Source of the DNA: Tubiluchus corallicola
Taxonomy: Eukaryota; Animalia; Priapulida
DNA length: 64,000 nucleotides
Direction of reading: 5' to 3'
Assembly (NCBI GenBank): GCA_030141605.1
Contig: JAQGDQ010000091.1
Location: forward strand, 310,001 to 374,000
The notes beneath the pieces are model-generated. The model made no database searches. It was not told the DNA's origin and worked only from the letters and a program-made list of their open reading frames with translations. Numbering within the stretch: position 1 is the first letter of the stretch; each line of letters begins with the position of its first letter. Shown piece after piece: positions 36,801 through 48,983 of this stretch. The position numbers and the translations under genes were made by a program.

Positions 36801-39800
36801 GTAAAATTTATTTGTTTTTACACATGCATATATGTAAATAGAAAAATTTCACTTATTTTATACAGACCTAGAATTGTGTGAAACTTGTCACTATAGTATG
36901 ACGAACCTACCAATTCACTAATACACCACAGTGTGTTGTTTACATTTACATTTAGCATGCTTACAAATATGCTTACATTAAGCAATCTTCTTGATATTGA
37001 GAAGTTCATGAAGAATGTTATATAGGGCTCAACTATTGTTGTTGGAATTTTCATTATTTCTGTGTAAACAATACGCTGTATGGAACGTTGACACATTGAT
37101 CACTGATGATGCAGCATTTGTCATGTTATAGTTTTACAGTTTTGAGTTTGCATGAAATGTATTTATGAAGTCTTGCTGTTAAATATAATTAATACTTACA
37201 GAGCTTAAGAACGGAATGCATCAAGTTGCAGCAACGAGTATGGGACTTGGAAAAACAGAACAAGATGCTGAGCTTGCTGTTGCAGAGCAGATTGAAATCT
37301 GCTAGTACACAAGGAACTACTAATGATCACTCGCCTACTGCAGCTCGATCACCGAGTCATGACCAGTTAGCTCTCAGTTCCATTTTACCTCAGGTGAAAT
37401 CCTGTATTACTAAGTATTATTCTAGTTATTGGTAATTTATCACACTGGTGAATTTTGTTTTAAACAATTACATACTATAGCTTATCTCAGTTTGAGTTTT
37501 TAATTATATTTGAAAAATGCTTAAGTGAATCTGTATTTGGTCCTTTTGATTCAAAAGGTAATGTATAATTTCACGGTTTTTACTTGTAGCAACATAATAC
37601 CCAAAATAAAGACTTGTGATAATTTTGAGGAAGAGGGAAACCTTTTGTTATGTGTTCAGATTGTTTCTTCCCCTTATCGGCATTTTGCCATAGCTTTATT
37701 GCTTCTTGCTTAAGCAATAACTTTAGCTGTTTTCTTACTGATAATAACTCAGTGTGGCACATGTTTTGCATAGTATAGATGTTAGCAAGGCTCCATAAAA
37801 ACTAATCGTAGTAATACTTATTGTTAAGTACGTAGTGATAAATATACTGCCTTACTGTTAACAGACCCATGAGTTGTATGTTATCTTATTTGACTTGCTT
37901 GACTTGTGTGTTTTTGTACAGGTTTCACAGTGTAATATACGAAGCGGCAAGTCTCTGAGTCCTGCAGAACAGCTTGTGTTGTTGCTAAATGCCCAGTCTG
38001 GTCAAAAGAGTAGCTCAGAAAAACCCGTGGACTCTGACCTGTTTTTGCAGTTGCTAAATTGCCAAGATGCTGCAGATCAGAGACCATTTGCTAGCCAGCT
38101 TGTAAGCCACTTCCTACCTAATGGGAAGCAAGAATCACTACCAAACACTCAGAAGATACCTCCTGATATAAAAGATAAGGTTTGTAAATTTTCTGTTACT
38201 GGAAATATTGAAGGCTATATTTTCTTGCACAGTATTATTATCAATTTAACAAAAACTGCATTGAAAAACTGCAGACTTTGATAGTTATTTAAGCGAGATC
38301 TGCTAATAGCTGTACATTATTTTTATCCATGTTTTCTTAACTCAGGCGCTCTTAAAAAACTTCGCCAGTAAAAGAAATTTTAGTAATATATAGAAATGTT
38401 CTTTCACTGCCGGTTTAAAAAATGTCATGCTTCCAATTTATTAGTTTGCAAATTTGCATAATCATGAAAGAGACTAAGAGAAATGTTTAACCAATCAGTG
38501 CAATCTTACAGGCATAGTAGTACATATTGTATTTAAAGAAATGTCTATTTTATTGCAGCAACAGTATCAGATTACAAATGATGCACAGGAGAGCTATTTG
38601 AATGGACCAAGTAACAACAGTAGCTGCTCACTGTATAATACAAGATCTGCTCTGCCTGTATCAAGAACCGTCCCTCCATTCAGGGACGATGGCCCGGTGA
38701 GCATGTCAAGTCCACGACCAAACCGACAGTCTTCTCAACTCACAGACAGTTTAACCGAGAAAAGCCAGGTTAATCCTACTCGGGATGATAAGCCAGTTGT
38801 TATGAGAAAACCAAAAGTAGCACAGGATCCAATAGCTAAACTGCACGAAATGGATCTTGATTTCTACAGCAACGATGAAGTTTGTAATTACGCTGATCAG
38901 TCTCAAGAGAAAACTGAGGACAATAAGCCCAATGAGAACATTGCTCAGTTTAAACGCATGCAAGAAATATTAAATTTCCATGCTAGTGGAATTTTTAAAC
39001 ATTCTGATCCAGATACATCTGTTGGTGCAGAGTTATTAAAACTCTCTGATTCATTTAATTCTGGAAATAGTGACGGTGCGCAACAAGAGAAAAAACATGC
39101 CCTTAAAACTGACCGGTCTTCGCTTTTACAAAACTACAACAATTTGTCGCTGTCTTTGAGTGAACTGATAGGAAGTACTTCATATAGTTTTGATGAAGGT
39201 GATAACATAATATCAGAAGATGCCAGCACAGCTGATTCAGCATCCTTGTCTAGCCAGTTACAAACACTAATGGATACAATGAAATACGTACAGTCAACAG
39301 TGGATGGTATTAGTGAATCATCTACTAATGAGCAATCTTCAGATATTCAGACAGACAGACTTTTTGTTCCGGATGAGATGTTGGCTTCAAATGAGGGAAA
39401 GTATTCACCTACAAGTGATGTAAATCTTCCTAACATTCACGTGAGTCCAGACAAAAAGCCTGCAGCAAGCTTGCATCAGAAGCTCTTACAATCAAATGAA
39501 TCTCCGACATATCAAGCAGCTAACTCAGAAATCGTTACTTCTGTGGTAAAAAATGGTGAAATATTTGTTTGTAGTGAATCAAGGAGACACAGCCTTGGTG
39601 ATAAAGATAGCAATATTCCATATGAGTGTTTGGAACAGCCATGTCCAACCCGCCCAAATTCTCTTGTTATAGGTGGCCCTAGTGAAGAACAAGTGGAAAG
39701 AGGTGGTTCTGAACATGTTGATGCTAAATCAGATCAGCATAGTAAAGAGGATGAAACAAACACACCAACTCCCACCAATTCTTCTAAATCAACTGTGAGC

Positions 39801-42800
39801 TTTCATTCCGAAGGAAAAAGTAATGTAGGGAAACCCAGCGATTCATTGGTTATTGAAAAATCAGCTTGCACAGATAATGCTAGCAATAAGCAGCCTGAAT
39901 CTGCTTTTGAAAGTATTGTAGATGATGCTGGTAACAAAGATCCAATCTCAGCTGTCATAATTTCTAGTACTGATTTAAAAAATTCTAATCAAAATGTAAG
40001 CTGTTCCTCAGAAGCAACTAACAGTATAGCCAGTCAAAGGAAAGATGAGTCAGATCCTGTGCAAGATATTAAGCAGTCTCCTTCATCAGGATCAGCAACT
40101 AGCAGTGATGCATCACCTAATGAAGGGGTTACATTCCAAATAGAGCAAGAAGCAAAGAAAAGACGTAGTGGTCTAGTTGAAGAGGCAACAGTTAACTCTC
40201 CAAGTGGAGAAAATCAGACTTCATCTGCAAATGCTGCTAAACCAGTTCACAGAGAATATGTTGTAAATTGTGCTTATGATGTAGTTACTGGTTCTAGTGC
40301 AGTGATTACTGGCTCTGTAAAATCGATAACTGGTGAAACAAAGTCTTCTGTTTTATCACCTATTGATCATGTTGGCCAATTCATAGGGAGCCGTGATGAA
40401 GGTTACTCTACCATGTCTAGTCGATCTAGTGATATGACTGAGTCCAGATCTGTCGATGGAGCTAGTAGTAGAAGCCCCTTACAGAGTCCGGTAAGAAAAC
40501 GCGAAGTCGTTGAAGGAAATGTTAATAGTATTGAAGAAGACTGTAATACTGTTAAACGGATCACTGACAGCTGGGAAGTTTATCGAGTTAATGACCCGCT
40601 TTGTCAAGATTTGTCAAGTCCAAAAAGATCCAGCAGTAGCCCTCGAAGCTCTATTCACATTGGTTCTCATCCGTCCAGTCCAGTGAAGACTGTATCATCT
40701 CCTAAGCTAGTTCATTCACCAAAACGATTTTTTACTTCCCCCCAAAGAAACAGTGATGTAACTGCTGGAGCAAAATTTATACATAGCCTACCCGACCATC
40801 ATGAGGAACAAATTCTTTCAGTTACAGATGATGGAAGTCATCACATGAGCTATGTTGAACAAGAAGGTCCCCAGTATCCTAGATTGGCTTCTCCAACAAT
40901 AGTGCCAAGGTATGTTAAACGTAAGTCTAACAGTTTACCAGGACATTATGGGCGCGGCAGAGCCATCTGCATTAATCTAAATGAATACAAATCTAGCAGT
41001 CTGGATGACTTGGTTGGTGGTGATGATTCCAGCACCTGTGACAGTGATAGTTCTTTTGGTTCTAACAAAAGCACAGAACGGGTGCGTCAGCTGTGCAAGG
41101 TGTTTGAGCCTGATGGTGAAGCAGATTCTGTATGCCATTCTGAGTCTTTAAACACTGTCTCTCCGGGTGACACTGACAACAGTTACCAGCACAATTCATA
41201 TCCACCATATTCTCGTTCTGTGAAACGGAAAACTCGCACATGTACACAGATAATTTCCCTCTCAAGTGATGATAATTCCCAGGTGATCGCAGTGAGTAAA
41301 TACAAAGGTGCAAAAACTGCTATGGGCATCAACGGACTCATTACAAAATGGAAGCATGAACGTTTGATAAATTCTGATTCTAATCTAAGTGATTTGACTC
41401 CAGATACGAGTGTGCTGTATGGAAGCCCAGATAGTTCAACGTCGTCTGTTATACCACCATATGTACCTGCAAGCAGTGATTACTTGGGAACCGGTGATTG
41501 GCATCAGGTAGAGCGAAATCGTAGTTTAACTAAAAAGAACAGTTTACCTACCACTTGGGAAATTGACGAGCTGGAACCAGCCCCAGAAACACATAGCGAA
41601 ACTGTGCGCAATAACATTAATGATATGGCTAACAGTGTTCCAACTTGTTGGATGTATAGCGAACCGCAGCTGCCACCTATGAGTAGAAAATACAGTCTAC
41701 CTGAGAAATTGTCTGATGTGAAAAAGGCTCAGACAGCTTCAGAATTAAAGAACAAAAGCAGTTTATTTAATAAACATATTAGTACACCAGGTCGGATACC
41801 TCCACATGGTAACGCAGCTTCAGTAGATAAAACTACAAAACCATCAACATTATCTCATTTACCTTCATCAGAACCTACCTCAGAAGCTCTGCCATCATCT
41901 GTGCAGGCAAAAGCAGCAAAAGGATTGTTTGGCAATAGAACAACTCTTCCTGGACTTGTAAATAAAGAGAAGTCATTTGAAAAGAAACCGTCTGCAACCA
42001 CAACGAGTAAAAATAAGTATTTTAATTTGTCGCCACGTAAAAGCCAACCAGTAACCAGTGGAACGGATTCTTTACTTGGAAACGATGATCAGAATTTGAT
42101 TCCGCCTTCTAAAGCTATAAGGGAGAGACATAGTTCGGGTAGCAAAAGCTGTGCTTCTCAACTTCATACAAGTATTCCTTCTAAGCTTCCAATTTCTGGC
42201 AGTCAAACTCAGAAGCAAGGTTTGTATTACAATTTTTCTTAAAAATTGGTAGACTCTAAAAATGACTTTGTTTGCATTCTAATCACTTTACTACAAATGC
42301 ATTTAATTTATTTAGTTTAGTACAAAAGCACTTGAATTAAATATGTTAGTATTTAACTTTGTGTAAGAGTGTTTGGTTTAGTTCCAAGCTGTTTTGTTGC
42401 TGTAATTTACATTAGTTTCATTTAATTTAGTATGACAGATGCATAGGTTAAATATACAAAATTAGTTTGTGCATTATTCAATGTGTTTTAGTATGAATTT
42501 TATTAGCCAAATTGCTTATTTACATTTTATTTGTCTACAGTGCCTTGGCGATCTCCACTGCCATCCATCAGCACTACCAACCCTCCTTGCAGTAATGCTC
42601 CGGAACGTCCCGCATCTACCACAGGCTTTGATGAAGATGATCTAGCAGCATTCGGTGATGAAGCAGCTGTAAAACTGCTAACTCCATCTGAGGACGAAAG
42701 CGAAGGAGATATGTCCGGTGACAGGCGAGACAGGTTGTCGCCGCCAGAACACGCTCGTGCCATTTCCACCCCTGCATCGTCATTGAAACAACCAAGTGCA

Positions 42801-45800
42801 GCTAACTCTGTGAATATCAATGTAAATGACTGTTTGGTAAGGAGCTTCTCGTATTAATAAGTTCATTTTTGTATGTTTACATGGATTCTTTTTTGGATAT
42901 ATCCACTGATGTACATCACATAATTATACTGAAAGTATTTCTTTAGGACTTTGTGAATTTTTTTTATTAATGTTCCTGCTTACTATAACTAAGTCCATTA
43001 GTATAAACATGTGTGCAACGTAAAATCTGTTACTGTTAAGGCTGTCTGTAGTTGTGGTTTTAAAGCCGGTAAATCTTCGAAAGAAACTTCACTGCTGAAA
43101 TTCAAAAATTGTTAACAGTGCGTTTTTGTAATTCATTGCTACTCTAAAACTAAAAAATGTCTAATTGTACAGGATTCAGTGCTAAGTGATGACAGCTCTG
43201 ATATATCTATTGATGACATTAATGTGAATTACACTGATGTATGGAAAAATACAGGAGAGAAATCATTGCTGTCATATGGTAATGGCAAAGAGGTAAAACA
43301 GCTGCTTATGCAGTGTTTGTTAAAAAATTAATTCTAGAGCAAAGTAATTAATTGTCATTGATATAGATGTATCAGCATTTATCGAAGTGAGAAATGATTT
43401 TTTATTTTTGGAAACAAGTAAGTTATTAGGTTTTTTATGTTTCATAATTGGTTTTAGCTTTTTGTAGACAGCATTAATGACAGTACTAATTCACATGCAT
43501 GTTTTTTATAGTTGCTGGTATTGCTAAGTTCAGTGTTCAGAAGAATTTCTGAAATATATTGCAGGAAGGAAAAATTACATAATGTGTGCTGGATTTGTAA
43601 CTTTTGCTTCTTCCAACTCTTCATTTTCTCTGCTTAGCAGTCCGTTAATGATTTATGTTCCGTTATTTTTCACCGTGTATTTAGTTGAACATTCTAAACA
43701 GTGATTTGGTTACTCTAAATTTTCATGTATTTTAGGTTACTGATTGTGCTCAGGACAAAACAGACGATAATCATTCCTGGAATTTGGAAGAAGGTCATGG
43801 CAAATTATCTCCACCAAATAAAGATATCAATAATCTCTTGAAAAATGAAGATTTAAGTCCAGTGCGTAGCAACAAAAGTGGCGATTATTCGATCATTACA
43901 ATGACAGATCTTAACTGTACAGTGGGAAGTACTGAAGGAAATGGGAAGTCTTCTTCCAGCGAGTCATGGGTGAATATAAGCGACCCAAGGTCACCAACTC
44001 ACAGTAGTCAGACAGACAGCACATCTACATTGCAAGATTTGTCGCCTGATGGTACAAGCTCTGAGCACGTGGGTCAAACTAATACTAGTTTTAGCGATAT
44101 GAGTACAGATATTGCTGTTGTTAACAACAATAATTATATGTTAGATTTAAATGTGAGTGAGGAAATTCGTGATGATTCCGGTAGACCGCATGTTGATTGT
44201 GAACAGGCACTTCCTTCTCGTAAAGATGTTGCTGAGAGTGATAATGAAAAAGACGATGAGGTACCATCACCTTCTTCAAATGGTAGTTCGTCATTTGAAC
44301 TAATTCCGTCAGATTTTATCATTAATTCATCCACTGAATTTAACGAAAATGAAACGCAAGAGAAAAGTTCAATGAAAAACAAAGATAAATTCAAAATTGT
44401 ATCACCTAAATCCAAACTAGCAAAGCCGGCTTCATCTTTATCCACTTCTGCAAAACTCGGTGACAGCAGAAATTCTCTCAAACCAGTTGGCAAAGTGTTG
44501 CCAAATCTTCATAATGTGCCTGATACAGAAATTACCAATGCTGCTGAAAAATTTGTATTAAAAACTGTGGGAGATAATGCAACAGATATGAGCCCATCTG
44601 AGAGCAAGGCTGTTACCCAGGCAGCATCAGGGCATTTTACTTCACACTTACCATCCAAGGTGACATGTAAGAGTAAACTACCAACAGCTTTCTCACAACC
44701 ATGTACAAGTCCTAAAAGGCAGTTGGCACTAAAACCGACAGACAAGAATTTGCCTAGTAATGGTCAGGCTTCTTTTTCTGCATCTGCTAGAACACAAAGT
44801 GCACTTTCTCCACCACGTAGTCCTATTAGGAAATCTGATGTTGTGGTACCACCACGAAGCCCAACAAAAAAGCCATCAGAATTTAAGAGACTATCACCGT
44901 CACCAAGTCCCATCAAGTCCTTTACTCCTGACTCGTCAGAGAGTCCAAAAACTTCTCATAGTCCTTTTAGAGCTCAAAGTGCTAATCAGTCACCTGGTGG
45001 CAGATCAATTACCAGTCCATCCAGGATGCGAACTCCCGATTCTTCCTCGTGTTTTAAGCTCGAAAAAGGAAGCAGAAAGGAGGGAACCGGTAACTCATTA
45101 AACTCTCCACAGAACGTAAGGTCACACATTGCTAGTTTAAAACAGTTTAGTCAGAGGACAGCAGCCCAAACTACACATGATTCACCGGAAAAAAGTATGA
45201 GCTCCCAGAGTCGGAGACCTGCATCGCCTCTTGCTCAGGCATCATCTGATGGTGTTGACAGTGTGATTCAGTCACATTTACGCAATTCTCCATCTACTAG
45301 TCCTGTAAGATCGACACCAAGTCCACAAGCTTCAGAATGTGTACTAGACACAACTCCAAAACTTATTAAAAAGGGAATTCCTAAACCAGCCATCAAACAA
45401 AACCGGCTCAATAAAAGTCCCTCAGTTTCAAAATCGACTGAAAATGGAGTTGTGAAGAGTAGACTTCCTGGATTGAAATCAGGTGATTTCAATAAACAGT
45501 TTCCAACTATAAGCTCACCCCACTTAACTAGACCGCCTTTGAAAAGTGGCACAGCAACCAGTGTTATGAAAGTCACCAGTTTCATGAAGAATGCTTCAAC
45601 CTCAAAGCCACTTCCTGAGAAAGTTGAAAAACCACTGACACCAAAAAGTAAATTTTCGCAGTTCGGCTTTCGGTCACCCAAAATAGAGCGAAGTTTGAAA
45701 CTAGGTAGAAAAACGGGCGAACACAATTCCTCCTCTACCAACGAGCAGTTGAATGCCAATGGATGTCTTTCAAAAAGCCAGAAAAGCAAAAGTGATTCAA

Positions 45801-46982
45801 AGATTGTTACTTCTCCAAAAATTGGAAGGCTGAAGGCAGGAATTGGAAATGAAAAACAGTCTAATGGGACAGCTAAACGAATACAAGCAACTTCACAGCA
45901 GGTTTGTTTTTAAGTGCTAAGTAAAAACTTTGTTATATTAAATTAATTCCTCAGAAGCAAAAATATTCTGATAATTGCAGTTTGATGATTCTTTTCTATG
46001 CTTCCAACGCAAGCTTCTTTTTAACTAGGTTATACATAAGGGGGTATTGCTTTACCCCGATGATCACATTTATGGCTTATTTATCAGTTAGCTCAATCTG
46101 TCTGTCAGTTATTAAACAGGTTTTTTTACAAGATTTTACTATTTTAGAAAGAACTCGATGAGCTGCATTCAGCTACCAATGTTAGCAGTGATGGAGAAAG
46201 TGACAATTCCATAGATTGCAGTATCAGTCCATCATGTGATACTCACAGTTAGTAGTTTTTATGATATTGATGTTGATTTTATAACACTCAACTTTTTCGA
46301 CAAAGATCGGGTTAATCTACTTTGAAACATGTATTTAATAGAGTAAAGTTACAGTAGTACAAGCTAACAGCATTTTTACAAGTTAGTTTTAATTGGAAGA
46401 CTTCTGTTGTAACATTTCAGTGTATTTTATAGAATCTAGAGCTTCATATATCCTGGAAATGTTTTATCCACATTTGCTTATGTAACTGCAGAAATTGCAA
46501 GTTATACATTACCTCTTTACAATAGTTTCTTACTAATGGCAACCTTTTTGATGGTTTTTTTGGTTGGAGATACGTATTTTTAATTGAGCCAGAGCAATAG
46601 GAAAAGTTTTCTTGAGTAAAAATTATATTCTGTTAAGTGATGTTCTTCAAGCGAGAGAGAAATTGATACATTATTTTTAATTTTAGGTAAAGATAAACAA
46701 AAATCTCCGATACGACCTCGAAAGCCATTCTTCGGCATCAAAGATTTCTTTCATCGATTTAGCGATAAAGAGAAGCAGGCATTGCACTCATTTGATTTCT
46801 TAGCAGAGGAATCAGACTTTCCATCTCCTGATGACAGTACTGGAGTTTCACCAGCCATTATTAATGGAGCCGGCGGAAAAGTGGAGCGACTGTCAGAGAG
46901 CACTGTGGAGTCTCCGGAAAACATGTCCGAAAATGATTTTTCCATGAGTGACACTTGTGCAGAGGATTATCAGACAGACTAA
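33709..46982 (+). CDS. NCKAP5: NCKAP5/NCKAP5L-like (Nck-associated protein 5 family) spliced CDS, 5'-incomplete: join(33709-33842,34455-34635,35092-35133,36215-36385,37202-37393,37922-38179,38559-42219,42541-42836,43173-43292,43736-45901,46148-46247,46687-46982), 2538 aa
   Basis: All 11 introns are GT-AG with matching phases, and the joined frame stays open to TAA at 46980-46982. The N-terminal coiled coil LVERLKALEQQNSNLMVESEKQRVEYERCLDEIANQVVQAVMAQK/SLRTECIKLQQRVWDLEKQNKML matches the NCKAP5-family signature (YERCLDEVAN-VVQALL-QKDLREEC-KLK-RVFDLE-QN). It is followed by a very long Ser/Pro-rich disordered region. Confidence 0.9.
34455..34635 (+). CDS. NCKAP5: NCKAP5-like exon (MEDVIKQLMQCKGKIDELQQEK...VKRMEAL)
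   Basis: Acceptor tttttttag|T completes codon AAT with the previous exon; donor CTG|gtaatt; heptad-rich peptide. Confidence 0.85.
35092..35133 (+). CDS. NCKAP5: 42-nt microexon LSALGESEQDGEEE (symmetric, phase 0-0)
   Basis: cttttttcaag|CTG...GAG|gtaggg; a purine-rich, stop-free, frame-preserving island in a T-rich intron. Not present in the ORF track. Confidence 0.7.
36215..36385 (+). CDS. NCKAP5: NCKAP5-like exon (TGAVSDQGKFRALVERLKALEQQN...YERCLDEIANQVVQAVMAQK)
   Basis: ttctttgccag|ACC ... AAG|gttttt; carries the family signature motif. Confidence 0.92.
37202..37393 (+). CDS. NCKAP5: NCKAP5-like exon (SLRTECIKLQQRVWDLEKQNKMLSLLLQSRL...SILPQ)
   Basis: acttacag|AGC ... CAG|gtgaaa; continues the signature coiled coil. 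Confidence 0.9.
37922..38179 (+). CDS. NCKAP5: NCKAP5-like exon (VSQCNIRSGK...PPDIKDK)
   Basis: tttttgtacag|GTT ... AAG|gtttgt; 258 nt, phase 0-0. Confidence 0.85.
38559..42219 (+). CDS. NCKAP5: NCKAP5-like giant exon (3661 nt), Ser-rich disordered region
   Basis: Lies within the 1233-aa ORF; ttttattgcag|CAA ... CAAG|gtttgt (phase 1). Confidence 0.92.
42541..42836 (+). CDS. NCKAP5: NCKAP5-like exon (VPWRSPLPS...NVNDCL)
   Basis: ttgtctacag|TG completes GTG; donor TTG|gtaagg. Confidence 0.88.
43173..43292 (+). CDS. NCKAP5: NCKAP5-like exon (DSVLSDDSSDISIDDINVNYTDVWKNTGEKSLLSYGNGKE)
   Basis: ctaattgtacag|GAT ... GAG|gtaaaa; 120 nt, phase 0-0; below the ORF-track cutoff. Confidence 0.8.
43736..45901 (+). 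CDS. NCKAP5: NCKAP5-like second giant exon (2166 nt), Ser/Pro/Lys-rich
   Basis: gtattttag|GTT ... CAG|gtttgt; contains nearly all of the 709-aa ORF. Confidence 0.92.
46148..46247 (+). CDS. NCKAP5: NCKAP5-like exon (KELDELHSATNVSSDGESDNSIDCSISPSCDTH)
   Basis: attttag|AAA ... CACA|gttagt; 100 nt, needed to convert phase 0 to the phase 1 of the last exon. Confidence 0.8.
46687..46982 (+). CDS. NCKAP5: NCKAP5-like terminal coding exon (KDKQKSPIRPRKPFFGIKDFFHRFSDKEKQALHSFDFL...DYQTD*)
   Basis: aattttag|GT completes AGT; frame open to TAA at 46980-46982. Confidence 0.85.
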
Positions 46983-48983
46983 ATAAATTTATTGGAATAA
47001 AAACGAGCTTTGTACTTACCGAGTTCAAACTACCAGTTTTCTATATTTTGATTTTAGCTTTAGTGCTAAATGTCAAAAAGCACTTGAGGTTAATTTTGAC
47101 GACAATGAAACAAATAAAAAAATGTGATTTCTGCTACCATTAATATGCGCAAAATTCTTCTCCAACTTGTCTTATTAGATACGCACAAGCAACATGCACG
47201 TTTTATGAAAGTTGCAAGTATGAAATTATATCACGTACTTTGCATCCGCATGCTCGACTTTGTACCACTTTCGAAATCTGTTAAGTTTTGTGTTCTTAGC
47301 TAAGTCTTATGGCAGCTGTCTTTTCAAAGTGAAGTACTTGTTTATGCGGTTGTGTTTTTCAAAGTATTTTGGTTCAAAAGATTTATTTTTGCTTGCACGT
47401 GCATACTTAAACAGTAATTCTGGATAATGAAATTGTTGTATCCTAATATATGAATTGCTTATTTTAGGTACATATTATATACACCCACTGTCAATTTAGA
47501 GGTTGAATTATGGCGGTGCTATCATATTTGGTCCATTTTTCTATGACAGCAGATAGTGAAGAGGTAAAATTTGTTGTGAATTTTGACCAGATTAACTAAG
47601 CTGCCATTTTTGTACTGTCTTATCTTTAAAATTGTTGTGATTTGAGACTACTGCATTTTACAGTGATTCGTGTAGTGATGGAAGTGAAGATTATTTTTAA
47701 ATAACTGTACCTGAAATTTTTGTGAAAGCTGTGTTCAATAATAGTTACCTGCAGAATTTTTTTTGTAAATGAATTTGAATGCAATGTTACCATGATTACT
47801 ACAAGGCTGCCTTAGAAGAAGTAATAAATTTAACACAATACTGAAATGTTAATTTTGTTTTCAGCTTTCTGCAAAAGAGTTCTGCAAATCATTGTAATTG
47901 TAGTTTATTCGTTAACTAATTAACAAAAATTCACATATTAGCATTCAGGTTTTCATGTTTAAAATATAGTTTGTATGTTAATAATGAGACTGCTGTTATG
48001 TGAAATATTCCTGGGATTTTGAATTTCCATATTTTGTGCCTGTTACTTGACAAAATCGTTACAAGCTGATATATGAATGAGTATTAAATCATTGCATCAG
48101 TGTCTCTAGAACATGTACGAGCATTAAGTTTAACAGATTAATTTAGCAAAAAGAATGTCTTTTTCACTAATAAAACGTATATTCAGGAATTTTCTTATAA
48201 GTAGAGTGATTGTATTTGTTAGTAGGTATTGTCACTAAAAGCCCACAATTTTTAAATGTGTTACTGCGTGTTATAATTTATTTCATTCAATTTTTTCAGA
48301 CATGAAGTAATTGAAATTTTGCCAACTATGTAACTCTGAGAATGTGTTTAGGTAAATGCTTACAAAACCTCATTAAAAAATTGAATTTAGAGCTGTAATA
48401 TATTTGTAATAATTATTACTTTCATACAGGGTTTGTATTTTTGTATCTCTATATCTTTATAATATACGTTGGTCCGTTGTCAGTTTTTTACATCGTTGTT
48501 AAACTAATCACCTTCCTATATTAGGTTATATTGCAGCTTATGTAGCTTAAGTTTATTATTTTGCATTTGCTGAATTTCACATTTGTATGTTCAGCTTTTT
48601 TGTGTAACACTAATAATAAAATTATGTTGCCTCTACTGTAAAGTGTAAATTTTTGCAATTAATAAAACAAATTACTTTATTTTGACAAAGTTATTGTCGA
48701 AATTATTCTTTGTAAGTAATACTGTGCTTTAAGGTGTTGATACAGTATTTTGTGTATTTGCTCTATTGATTTAACAACTATACCTTATTGTATTTGTAGT
48801 ATGTCTAGGCGGTACCATGTAATTAGCTGTGCTCTTTAGGTTGCATACCCGTTTAAAATTAATAGCTAATTTTGGGACACTGTGTTAAAATTTGTAGCTA
48901 AGGTATTTGTACATAGTGAACTTGATACTTTTGAAAATAGTTTATATGTCTACAATGTATAAAGTTTTGAATTTTGTAATAAA
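46983..48983 (+). other. Probable 3'UTR of the NCKAP5-like gene with several AATAAA signals
   Basis: U-rich sequence after the stop; AATAAA at about 46982, 46997, 47823, 48168, 48615, 48661 and 48978. The true end cannot be determined. Confidence 0.45.

Noticed and set aside
44134-45789. Minus-strand ORFs of 78-173 aa
   Set aside because: Antisense shadows of the Ser/Pro-rich + strand exon; no independent signals.
38541-45913. The 1233-aa and 709-aa ORFs as stand-alone genes
   Set aside because: Both are bounded by splice sites and join in frame into one NCKAP5-like CDS.
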